DNA from: Candidatus Moraniibacteriota bacterium
Lineage (GTDB): Bacteria; Patescibacteriota; Minisyncoccia; Moranbacterales; UBA1568
Direction: 5' to 3'
Length of the DNA: 64,000 nucleotides
Assembly (NCBI GenBank): GCA_043743535.1
Contig: JAYTWI010000009.1
Location: forward strand, 67,407-131,406
Shown: positions 1 to 7,952 of the stretch, in pieces
Layout of the letters: each line of letters begins with the position of its first letter
Numbering within the stretch: position 1 is the first letter of the stretch
The notes under the pieces: generated by a model
The model's database searches: none
Told to the model about the DNA's origin: nothing
The model's input: only the letters and a program-made list of their open reading frames with translations
Program-made: the position numbers and the translations under genes

Positions 1-2
1 AC

Positions 3-749
3 GAAATCAGGCGTTTACGAGAAAGCGGTAAGCGTTTGGCACAGGTGCTGCAAACGTTGATTGTCGGGCTCAAACCTGGGATGTCGACGCTCGATATCGA
101 CATCCTGGCAGAGAAACTGATCCGAGCCGAAGGTGGTCTGCCTATTTTCAAAGGGTATGGGGCTTCGGCTGGTGTGCCTTTCCCTGCTTCCTTGTGTACT
201 TCAATCAATAACGAAGTGGTGCACGGTATTCCAAAAAAGAACCGATTTTTGAAAGAAGGTGACTTGCTGAAGCTTGATATTGGGATGCGTTTTCTAGGGA
301 TGGTTTCGGATATGGCGCGCACGGTGCCGATTGGCGTTATTTCTCCAGAAGCACAAGAACTGCTTGATGCCACCGAAGAAAGCTTAGCCTTTGGTATTGC
401 TACTATGAAACCGGGCGTGCACATCTCCGCTTACGCTCGTGCTGTACAGAACTTGGTGGAGCGGAAAGGGTTTTCTGTCGTGCGCGACCTGGTAGGGCAC
501 GGGGTAGGACATGAACTCCATGAAGACCCGCAGGTGCCGAACTTTGTCTCGTCGCACATGCATGATTTTGTTCTCGAGGAGGGGATGACTTTGGCGCTTG
601 AGCCGATGGTTAATGCCGGCACATTTCATGTGGAAATAGCCGAAGATGATTGGACATTTGTCACTGCCGATGAAAAATTGTCAGCGCATTTCGAAGACAC
701 GATTGTTATGACTGCACACGGAGCAGAGGTTTTGACAAAGATGGGGTAG
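3..749 (+). CDS. map: Type I methionine aminopeptidase (5' end lies before the window)
   Basis: Motifs CTSINNEVVHGIP, DIG..SDMART, GHGVGHELHEDP, LEPMVN, SAHFEDT; the frame is open from base 3 (EIRRLRESGKRLAQ). Confidence 0.97.
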   Translation, partial: EIRRLRESGKRLAQVLQTLIVGLKPGMSTLDIDILAEKLIRAEGGLPIFKGYGASAGVPFPASLCTSINNEVVHGIPKKNRFLKEGDLLKLDIGMRFLGMVSDMARTVPIGVISPEAQELLDATEESLAFGIATMKPGVHISAYARAVQNLVERKGFSVVRDLVGHGVGHELHEDPQVPNFVSSHMHDFVLEEGMTLALEPMVNAGTFHVEIAEDDWTFVTADEKLSAHFEDTIVMTAHGAEVLTKMG

Positions 750-831
750 AGGTTTCAAACGGATGAAGAAAGAAATGATTCTCTGAAATTTTGTAAAAGA
801 TATATTTTAGAAAATTTCAAAATATCATCGT

Positions 832-1236
832 ATGGAAACAACGTACAAAAATTATCTTGGATTGGATTGGGGAGCTACCAAGGTAGGGGTGGCTCTGGCG
901 CATGAAGAAATCAGGACGGCATTGGCCTATGGTGTTCTCAAAAATGACGCTGTTCTGGTGAAAGGTATTGGATCTTTGATAGAAAAAGAAGCAATAGGAA
1001 CGATTGTTATCGGTATTCATAAGAGCGCCACTTTCCATGGGGAGCACGAGGGAGAGAAACTCGGAAAACTGCTTGGGGAGCAGTTAGGAGTGAAGGTGGC
1101 GTATCACGATGAAATGTTTACCAGCAAAATGGCTCAAAGTAACCTCATCGCTCAGGGGGAAAAACATGTTTCGGCTCATGACGATGCTGAAGCAGCGAGT
1201 ATCCTCCTCCAGTCATGGCTCGATAGAAAGAAATAG
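832..1236 (+). CDS. ruvX: YqgF/RuvX family RNase H-fold nuclease (pre-16S processing)
   Basis: LGLDWGATKVGVA, DEMFTS, DDAEAASILLQSWL motifs. Confidence 0.92.
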   Translation: METTYKNYLGLDWGATKVGVALAHEEIRTALAYGVLKNDAVLVKGIGSLIEKEAIGTIVIGIHKSATFHGEHEGEKLGKLLGEQLGVKVAYHDEMFTSKMAQSNLIAQGEKHVSAHDDAEAASILLQSWLDRKK

Positions 1237-1258
1237 GTTTAATAAATGGAAATGGAAA
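1199..1258 (+). repeat. 60-bp direct repeat, copy 1 (3' end of ruvX plus downstream bases)
   Basis: Matches 2127-2186 with one mismatch. Confidence 0.97.
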
Positions 1259-1274
1259 AGTTCAGACATCACGC

Positions 1275-1303
1275 TTGACTTTTCTTCTTTTTAGGTGTAC
1301 AAT
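1275..1303 (+). promoter_or_regulatory. Sigma70-type promoter of the 1504-1962 gene
   Basis: TTGACT-17 bp-TACAAT. Confidence 0.7.
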
Positions 1304-1328
1304 ATACAGTTCGTTAAAAATACCCATT

Positions 1329-1428
1329 TTTGCCAGAGCCTCATATTTTTTTGTAGGTACAAATCGTATTACGATTGTGAAAACATTTGTACACGATATT
1401 TGAAAAGAAAATATGAGGCTCTGGCAAA
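1329..1428. repeat. Perfect 21-bp inverted repeat enclosing a 58-bp spacer with nested palindromes
   Basis: TTTGCCAGAGCCTCATATTTT (1329-1349) / AAAATATGAGGCTCTGGCAAA (1408-1428); inner GTACAAAT/ATTTGTAC and AATCGTA/TACGATT. Confidence 0.9.
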
Positions 1429-1503
1429 CTCACTATCACAGTGAAAGGCTACGAGTAGAGGATGACGCCATGACACACGTCGTGACCCCATCGGATACCC
1501 CCC

Positions 1504-1962
1504 ATGACCATACTCCGGGTCGCGGCGGAAACCATGAGTGACATGCTCTGTCGCCACGTCACGGTCAACCGTGACCGGATCCCGCAAGCTGTCCTCGACG
1601 CCACTGGCCGCAGGCAGTACCTCAACCAAGCAGTTGTCTGTACCATGCCACGTGGCACGGGTGGCGAGACAGAAGTCTTTTTCTTCAAGAACGATGGCTA
1701 CGCCAGCGATGTGGAACTGAAGCAACAATTCACACTTCGTGGCCTTGTCCCTGTCGATCCGTACACGCTCGCCGCTGTGAATGAAACTGACCCGGCCTTC
1801 GCCGACACTTATCCAAATGCTACCCACTGGCAGGATGCGAATGGCAATTGGTGCTACGCGACCTTCGACCGGTGGGATGACGAGCGGAGCGTGGGTGTCT
1901 ACCGGTACGACGGTGACTGGGGTGACGGCTGGTGGTTTGCGGGTCTTCGCAAGGACACTTAG
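1504..1962 (+). CDS. Hypothetical protein, putative DGR variable (target) protein with C-terminal variable region
   Basis: C-terminus CYATFDRWDDERSVGVYRYDGDWGDGWWFAGLRK made of NNY codons alternating with mostly A-free codons; visibly GC-richer than its neighbours; start uncertain (1504 or 1534). Confidence 0.7.
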   Translation: MTILRVAAETMSDMLCRHVTVNRDRIPQAVLDATGRRQYLNQAVVCTMPRGTGGETEVFFFKNDGYASDVELKQQFTLRGLVPVDPYTLAAVNETDPAFADTYPNATHWQDANGNWCYATFDRWDDERSVGVYRYDGDWGDGWWFAGLRKDT

Positions 1963-2014
1963 CGCTTCGCGCTTGATCTCTTGGGCCTGGACCTCGTTCT
2001 TCGGCTCTTTGAGT

Positions 2015-2055
2015 TCCCCTGTTGATTTGTAAATCAGTAGGGGTTTTATTTTTTT
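2015..2055 (+). terminator. Intrinsic terminator after the putative DGR target gene
   Basis: CCCCTGTTGATT-TGTA-AATCAGTAGGGG (G-U pairs) followed by TTTTATTTTTTT. Confidence 0.75.
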
Positions 2056-2126
2056 AAAAATCGTATATAGTAATTTTGATAGTAGGAGAATCTGTAGGAG
2101 ACTACGGCTACTTGCAGCCGAATCCC

Positions 2127-2186
2127 GTATCCTTCTCCAGTCATGGCTCGATAGAAAGAAATAGGTTTAATAAATGGAAATGGAAA
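2127..2186 (+). repeat. 60-bp direct repeat, copy 2 (attR-like duplicate of the ruvX 3' end)
   Basis: Matches 1199-1258 with one C/T mismatch. Confidence 0.97.
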
Positions 2187-2292
2187 GTTGGTGAGTTCTA
2201 GAATTCACCAATCCCCGTATGAAGTGCTTGAGTTGTAATTTTATGGTACAATACTGTTGTAAGTAGTGAGGATAATCTATCCGTATTTTTTT

Positions 2293-3066
2293 ATGGAGAC
2301 ACCATATTTGTCAGTCATTGTCCCGGCTTATAAAGAAGGCGAGCGTATTGGACGTAACCTCTTGGAGATTGATAAGTATTTGAAGGGCAAGAACTACACC
2401 TATGAAATTATTGTGGTGGTAGATGGTTCACCTGATAATACGGCCGAAGTAGCACGTAATTATGCTCTGCAAATTCCGCATTTGCGAGTGATAGAAAATC
2501 TGGAAAATCACGGCAAAGGATATGTGGTACGGCAAGGACTGCTTGAAGCTGTCGGCAAGTACCGAGTTTTTCTTGATGCTGATGGTTCTACCTCTATCAC
2601 TCATTTAGAGACTTTTATGCCACAGATGGAGGCGGGTTTCGATGTGGTGATTGGTTCACGAAAAGTGGAAGGATCATTCGTGCAGGTTCACCAGCCTAAG
2701 TATCGAGAAGTTTTAGGCGAGGGCGGTAATTGGTTGATCCGGATTGTCCTTGGATTGTGGAGCTACCCCGATACCCAGACTGGTTTCAAGATGCTTTCTG
2801 GCGTGGGGGCACAGGAGGTAGCCAGTCGTATGGTGGTGGATCGTTTCGGTTTTGATTTCGAATTGATTGTTTTGGCCATGAAACTGGGTTTCAAAATCAA
2901 ACAGATGCCGGTGCGCTGGATGAACGAAGATGGGTCAACCGTGACCTTGACCGGTCCTAATGGTTATATCCAGGTGATCATTGATCTTTTCAAGACCAAA
3001 TGGCGTTTCCTCTCAGGTGCGTATCATATCAAAGACTATACCGATGGTATTAAAAAGTCAGCCTAA
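2293..3066 (+). CDS. GT2 dolichyl/polyprenyl-phosphate hexosyltransferase (DPG/DPM synthase-like)
   Basis: SVIVPAYKE, VVDGSPD, NHGKG, FLDADGS, DTQTGFK, FGFDFE motifs. Confidence 0.9.
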   Translation: METPYLSVIVPAYKEGERIGRNLLEIDKYLKGKNYTYEIIVVVDGSPDNTAEVARNYALQIPHLRVIENLENHGKGYVVRQGLLEAVGKYRVFLDADGSTSITHLETFMPQMEAGFDVVIGSRKVEGSFVQVHQPKYREVLGEGGNWLIRIVLGLWSYPDTQTGFKMLSGVGAQEVASRMVVDRFGFDFELIVLAMKLGFKIKQMPVRWMNEDGSTVTLTGPNGYIQVIIDLFKTKWRFLSGAYHIKDYTDGIKKSA

Positions 3067-3102
3067 CTAGAGGAGGAAGGAAAACAAAAGAGAAATAAAA
3101 AA

Positions 3103-4128
3103 ATGAGCAAAGGAGAAACAGAGAAAATTGAAAAGTCATCGAATGAAACCGAACTGCGTCAGGACATCGTCACTGGTGACTGGGTAGTGATTGCTACCGG
3201 CCGCGCCAAGCGCCCGGATGGTTTTGTTACAGTGGAGCGCGTGGCGTCTGTAGAGAGTATCGATCCTTTTGCTGATCCGGATCAGAGTGGTCAGGAAAAG
3301 GATGTCCTCGTGTATCGCCTTGATGATGGGGAGTGGAGTTTACGAGTCTTCCCTAACAAGTACCCGGCATTTTCACGTGGTCGGGTAGTAAAGGAGCTTT
3401 CTGAAGGCCCGTACTTTGCGATGAGCGGGGTTGGCTATCATGAGGTAGTGGTGACGCGCGATGCCCATAAGTCGCTCGCACAGTTGGAAACCTGGCAGGT
3501 AGCCGAAGTGATTGATGCTTACCAAGAGCGTTACCTAGCTCTCATGAACAAGAAAAGTGTTAACTATATTCAGGTTCTGCATAATCATGGCAAAGAAGCG
3601 GGTGCCTCACTCTCACACCCTCATTCGCAGATAATGGCTATTCCGGTCATCGCTCCTCATATCGAACTTGATTTGACGGGTGCGCATCGGTATTACGGAA
3701 GTCATAAAGAACGAGTGTTTAGTGTCATCGCAGAGTATGAAGTTAGCGTCAAGAAGCGTTTGGTATATGAGAATGAACATTTTATCGCATTCTGTCCCTT
3801 TGCCGCCCGCGCCAATTTCGAAGTATGGATCTTGGGCAAGCGTCCTAATCCTTATTTTGAACGAATTACCGACGAGGAAAAATTTGCCTGTGCCGAGGCT
3901 CTACAGCAGACGCTCCTAGCCCTCTATAAAGGGCTCTACGATCCAGCATACAATTTTTATATCCACACCGCTCCCTGTAACGGTCAGGATTACCCGTACT
4001 ATCAGTGGCACATCGAGATTTTGCCGCATACTTCAACCTGGGGCGGGATGGAGTTGTCAACCGGTATTGAAACGTCCACCATTGCGCCGGAGGCTGCAGC
4101 CGAGCATCTGCGCGAGCAATTAGCCTAA
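3103..4128 (+). CDS. galT: Galactose-1-phosphate uridylyltransferase family protein
   Basis: ELRQD..TGDWVVIA..RAKRP, VFPNKYPA, GASLSHPHSQ (HxH nucleophile). Confidence 0.92.
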   Translation: MSKGETEKIEKSSNETELRQDIVTGDWVVIATGRAKRPDGFVTVERVASVESIDPFADPDQSGQEKDVLVYRLDDGEWSLRVFPNKYPAFSRGRVVKELSEGPYFAMSGVGYHEVVVTRDAHKSLAQLETWQVAEVIDAYQERYLALMNKKSVNYIQVLHNHGKEAGASLSHPHSQIMAIPVIAPHIELDLTGAHRYYGSHKERVFSVIAEYEVSVKKRLVYENEHFIAFCPFAARANFEVWILGKRPNPYFERITDEEKFACAEALQQTLLALYKGLYDPAYNFYIHTAPCNGQDYPYYQWHIEILPHTSTWGGMELSTGIETSTIAPEAAAEHLREQLA

Positions 4129-4144
4129 ATGATTGACTGACCGT

Positions 4145-4951
4145 ATGAAGAAAAAATTTTTTGTCATTGGTAACCTCAAGATGAATATGCTCTCGTCTGA
4201 AGAAGCTCTCCAGTACGTTTCTGTTTTGAAGCGTGAGGCGGCCGGAAGAACATATCAATCGGTAACTGGAGTTATTTGTCCGTCGTACCCCTATCTGGGT
4301 GTTTTTGAGGAAATGCCAGGGTGGATAGAGAAAGGAGCGCAGAATGTCTTTTGGGAAAAGGGTGGTGCATATACAGGCGAGGTTTCTCCTCTTATGCTGA
4401 AGAATGCCGGAGTCAACTATGTCATCATCGGCCACAGTGAGCGCCGTACGTTTCAGGGAGAGACCAATGAAATAGTAAAGAAGAAAATAATTTGTGCCCT
4501 GAAGTATCTGCTCGTGCCAATCGTATGTATAGGCGAGACGAAGGAGGAGCGGCAGGCGGACGATACACTGCGTGTCCTCGAATTACAACTGCAAAGTATT
4601 TTTTCTGAGCTCTCCAAAATGCAGGCGGAAAAAATTATTATCGCTTACGAGCCGCGTTGGGCGGTCGGAACCGATCAGTTGCCGACGACGGAAGAGATTC
4701 TTCAGGTGAAGATATTGATACGGAAAATTTTGACGGAAAATTTTGATGCGGAACTGGGCGAGCGAGTGGTCGTGCTCTATGGCGGTTCGGTCAAAAGTTC
4801 ATTTCTTCCAGCCGTATCATTCGAAGCGGGAATGGATGGGGTGTTGGTCGGGAGAGAGAGTCTCTTTCCTTATGAGGTGATAAAGATGATGGATGTATTG
4901 GAAGAACACGCGCTTTTGGTCGCAGCCAAAAAGAATAAAGAGGTGAAATAA
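4145..4951 (+). CDS. tpiA: Triosephosphate isomerase
   Basis: GNLKMN, GAYTGEVS, IGHSERR, AYEP.WAVGT, LYGGSV. Confidence 0.95.
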   Translation: MKKKFFVIGNLKMNMLSSEEALQYVSVLKREAAGRTYQSVTGVICPSYPYLGVFEEMPGWIEKGAQNVFWEKGGAYTGEVSPLMLKNAGVNYVIIGHSERRTFQGETNEIVKKKIICALKYLLVPIVCIGETKEERQADDTLRVLELQLQSIFSELSKMQAEKIIIAYEPRWAVGTDQLPTTEEILQVKILIRKILTENFDAELGERVVVLYGGSVKSSFLPAVSFEAGMDGVLVGRESLFPYEVIKMMDVLEEHALLVAAKKNKEVK

Positions 4952-4978
4952 GATGCTAACTATGCTAAGGAAAATGCT

Positions 4979-5836
4979 ATGATTGGGAATGTCAAAGAAA
5001 TGCTGGAGCGTGCGAAGGCGGGAGGGTATGCTGTAGGGGCTTTCAATACCATAAATTTGGAAACGACGCGTGCCATCGTGGAAGCAGCCCGAGAGCTTTC
5101 TTCGCCGGTCATTATTCAAATGACGGAAAAGACGTTTGACTACGCTGGAGGGCGAGCTATCTTCCAGCTCGTAAAAAATACGGCCGAATTTTATGCTCCA
5201 AAGATTCCAATCGGTATTCACCTCGATCATGGCAAGAGTTTTGAAACAGTGGAACGGGCGATGGATATTGGTTTTACTTCGGTGATGTATGATGGGTCGC
5301 GCAAGGAGTACGCAGACAATTTGATGATGACAAAAAAAATTGTGGAAATTGCTCATGCACGCGGCATCGTAGTGCAGGCCGAATTGGGCAATGTGCCGTA
5401 TATTGGGGAAATCCAGATGGAAGATATAGATTGGGAAAAATATATGACTGACCCGTACCAGTCCAAGCGGTTCGTGGAAGAAACGAAGCTCGACACGTTG
5501 GCGGTGGCGATCGGCAACGCTCATGGATTCTTCCGTGAGCGGAGCGTGCCAGATTATGACCGTTTGGGGGCTATTGCTTCGCTTGTGTCAGTACCTTTGG
5601 TGCTTCATGGCTCCTCAGATTGGCAAAATGACCGCGTGACGGAGGTAATCAAGCGTGGCATAAGCTGTTTCAATGTCGACACGGCTATCCGTCTTTCTTT
5701 TATCGGTAAACTCAGGGAAGCACTCCAAGCAGAAGAAGAGACTGATCTGCGCAAGGTTCTAGGGAAAGCTAAGGAGGCGACCAAGGAAACAGTTATGGCA
5801 AAAATCGTGGCTTTCGGGAGTGACCACAAGGCTTAA
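4979..5836 (+). CDS. fba: Class II fructose-bisphosphate aldolase
   Basis: YAVGAFN, IHLDH, SVMYDGS, AELG, AIGNAHG, LVLHG. Confidence 0.93.
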   Translation: MIGNVKEMLERAKAGGYAVGAFNTINLETTRAIVEAARELSSPVIIQMTEKTFDYAGGRAIFQLVKNTAEFYAPKIPIGIHLDHGKSFETVERAMDIGFTSVMYDGSRKEYADNLMMTKKIVEIAHARGIVVQAELGNVPYIGEIQMEDIDWEKYMTDPYQSKRFVEETKLDTLAVAIGNAHGFFRERSVPDYDRLGAIASLVSVPLVLHGSSDWQNDRVTEVIKRGISCFNVDTAIRLSFIGKLREALQAEEETDLRKVLGKAKEATKETVMAKIVAFGSDHKA

Positions 5837-5859
5837 TAACAAATGTTTATGCTATTTTT

Positions 5860-6864
5860 ATGACGGTACAACGTATTGCTATCAACGGTTTTGGGCGTAT
5901 TGGGCGAGCCGCTTTCAAAATTGCATTAGAAAAAAAGAATATTACGGTCGTCGCCATCAATGATTTGACGGACGCTTTTACTTTGGCACACCTCCTCAAG
6001 TATGATACAGCCTACGGGCACTACAAGAAAACAGTGACAGCAGAGAACGGGAAGTTGATTGTGGAGGGAGTCGAGATACCCGTTTTTGCTGAAGCGGATC
6101 CAAAAAAATTGCCATGGAAAGATCTGGCGGTGGACGTGGTGCTCGAATGTACGGGGCGTTTCACCGATCTTTCGGGAGCAACACAGCATATTACCGCCGG
6201 AGCTAAAAAAGTGATTCTTTCTGCGCCGGCCAAAGGCGATGATGGAGGGGTGCCTACCTATTTGATCGGGGTCAATGATACTGAATATAAAGGGGAGACG
6301 GTCATTTCCAATGCATCGTGTACGACAAATTCTTTGGCTCCAGTGGCCAAGATTATAAACGAACGTTTCGGTATTGCCAAAGCGCTCATGACTACCATTC
6401 ATTCCTACACCGGTGATCAAAATCTCGAGGATGGTCCGCACAGGGATCTGCGGCGAGCGCGCGCGGCCAGCCAAAATATCGTGCCTACTACCACGGGCGC
6501 AGCCATTGCGGTGACGCAAGTGATTCCAGAGCTCGCGGGACTTTTTGATGGGTATTCTATGCGGGTGCCGACTATTGTCGTGTCGCTCACGGATTTCACA
6601 TTCGTTCTCAAAAAGAAAACCACGGTAGAAGAAATGAATGACGTGTTGCGTCAGGCGGCGAGCGATCCTCGCTATCGCCAGGTGCTCGCGGTGACGGATG
6701 AGCCGTTAGTGTCGTCTGATTTTATCGGCAACCCCTTTTCTAGTATCGTTGATTTGTCTCTGACCAAGGTGATTGATGGTGATCTGGTCAAGGTTGTAGC
6801 CTGGTATGATAATGAGTGGGGCTACTCCAATCGATTGGTAGAAATGGTAGAAATGGTAGCATAA
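5860..6864 (+). CDS. gap: Type I glyceraldehyde-3-phosphate dehydrogenase
   Basis: INGFGRIGR, SNASCTTN, WYDNEWGYSNR. Confidence 0.98.
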   Translation: MTVQRIAINGFGRIGRAAFKIALEKKNITVVAINDLTDAFTLAHLLKYDTAYGHYKKTVTAENGKLIVEGVEIPVFAEADPKKLPWKDLAVDVVLECTGRFTDLSGATQHITAGAKKVILSAPAKGDDGGVPTYLIGVNDTEYKGETVISNASCTTNSLAPVAKIINERFGIAKALMTTIHSYTGDQNLEDGPHRDLRRARAASQNIVPTTTGAAIAVTQVIPELAGLFDGYSMRVPTIVVSLTDFTFVLKKKTTVEEMNDVLRQAASDPRYRQVLAVTDEPLVSSDFIGNPFSSIVDLSLTKVIDGDLVKVVAWYDNEWGYSNRLVEMVEMVA

Positions 6865-6885
6865 TTTTTTTTTCGGTACTCCTGT

Positions 6886-7935
6886 ATGGTAAAAGCAGAT
6901 GATCACAAAAAAAGATTGCTTGTGATAGCGAATACGAATTTAGCTGAGCTTTCTGATGAAGAAGTTTTGCGCCTGTTGGCTGAACGCAAACAACTAGAGA
7001 TACTAGAGAAAGAGTATGAACAAGCGCAAAAAAAGCAGGAAGCGCGGTATTTGGTAGAGCAGCAGCAGGCTGATATCGAGGAGAAATTGACAAATCTGAA
7101 TAAATGTATCACCCCGGATAAGGCTGACGATGATCTGCTCAAATTGATCAAAGAGCGTCAGGGTCTAGAAGCAGAGCGTGATGCGCTAGCGGCAGAGCTT
7201 ATGGTCATCGTACAGGGCGAAGGCGCCACTCTGATACCAGAACAAAAACAGTCAGCCTCGACTACTACAGAGACAGCGCCTACGCTAGCAACAGAAAAAG
7301 TACTACCGCCGATAGCGCCGCCCGAAACGGTCCCTGTTGTCGTGGAGAGGGACGAAGTGCCGATAGAGGAACCGACTGATGTTATCTCCGGGGTAGTGGA
7401 TGCTGATTTTGGGCGCGAAGCCATCGCTCGAGAAAGTGGCGAATTGAATCGTTATATAGGAGAGCTCAAAAATAACGCTGAATCTCTGGGTACCTTTCTC
7501 GATGGGATGCCGCTTGATGCGAAACAAAGCAGAGCGTTTATGCTTGAAGTGGCAAAGATTGATCCAGCTTACGCTATGCACTACGCCGACAAGAACACAC
7601 TCAAGAAAGATGAAAGTTTCAATCTGGCATTGGTCAGTATACGCAATACTCATAATACGGGCACTGTTTTGTCGGAGATGCTCCCTGAGGCGCGTACAGC
7701 CAAAGTGGTGATGGCTGCTATTCGTACCGATTATCGCAATGTCCGTTTCGCCTTGCCTCAAATGGAAGATTACGAAGAGATGCTTGAGCTCGCGAAAAAA
7801 ATGGCCTTGGAAAAAATTAAGGAGATGAAAGACGGCGTGGATGCACCATTTCTCGTGCCGAAAGTTTTGCAAAAAGATAAAGCTTTTATGGCAGAAGTGG
7901 AAAAGATCATTCCCAAGGAAGAAGAAAATCTTTAA
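6886..7935 (+). CDS. Hypothetical protein: coiled-coil N-terminus, Pro/Thr linker, DUF4116-like helical repeats
   Basis: Repeat-like segments AMHYADKNTLKKDESFNLALV, KVVMAAIRTDYRNVRFA, VPKVLQKDKAFM. Confidence 0.6.
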   Translation: MVKADDHKKRLLVIANTNLAELSDEEVLRLLAERKQLEILEKEYEQAQKKQEARYLVEQQQADIEEKLTNLNKCITPDKADDDLLKLIKERQGLEAERDALAAELMVIVQGEGATLIPEQKQSASTTTETAPTLATEKVLPPIAPPETVPVVVERDEVPIEEPTDVISGVVDADFGREAIARESGELNRYIGELKNNAESLGTFLDGMPLDAKQSRAFMLEVAKIDPAYAMHYADKNTLKKDESFNLALVSIRNTHNTGTVLSEMLPEARTAKVVMAAIRTDYRNVRFALPQMEDYEEMLELAKKMALEKIKEMKDGVDAPFLVPKVLQKDKAFMAEVEKIIPKEEENL

Positions 7936-7952
7936 TAAACACGTTTCGGGCT

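Noticed and set aside
1369-1827. 152-aa minus-strand ORF and other overlaps of the putative DGR target
   Set aside because: Antisense shadow; promoter and terminator support the plus-strand gene
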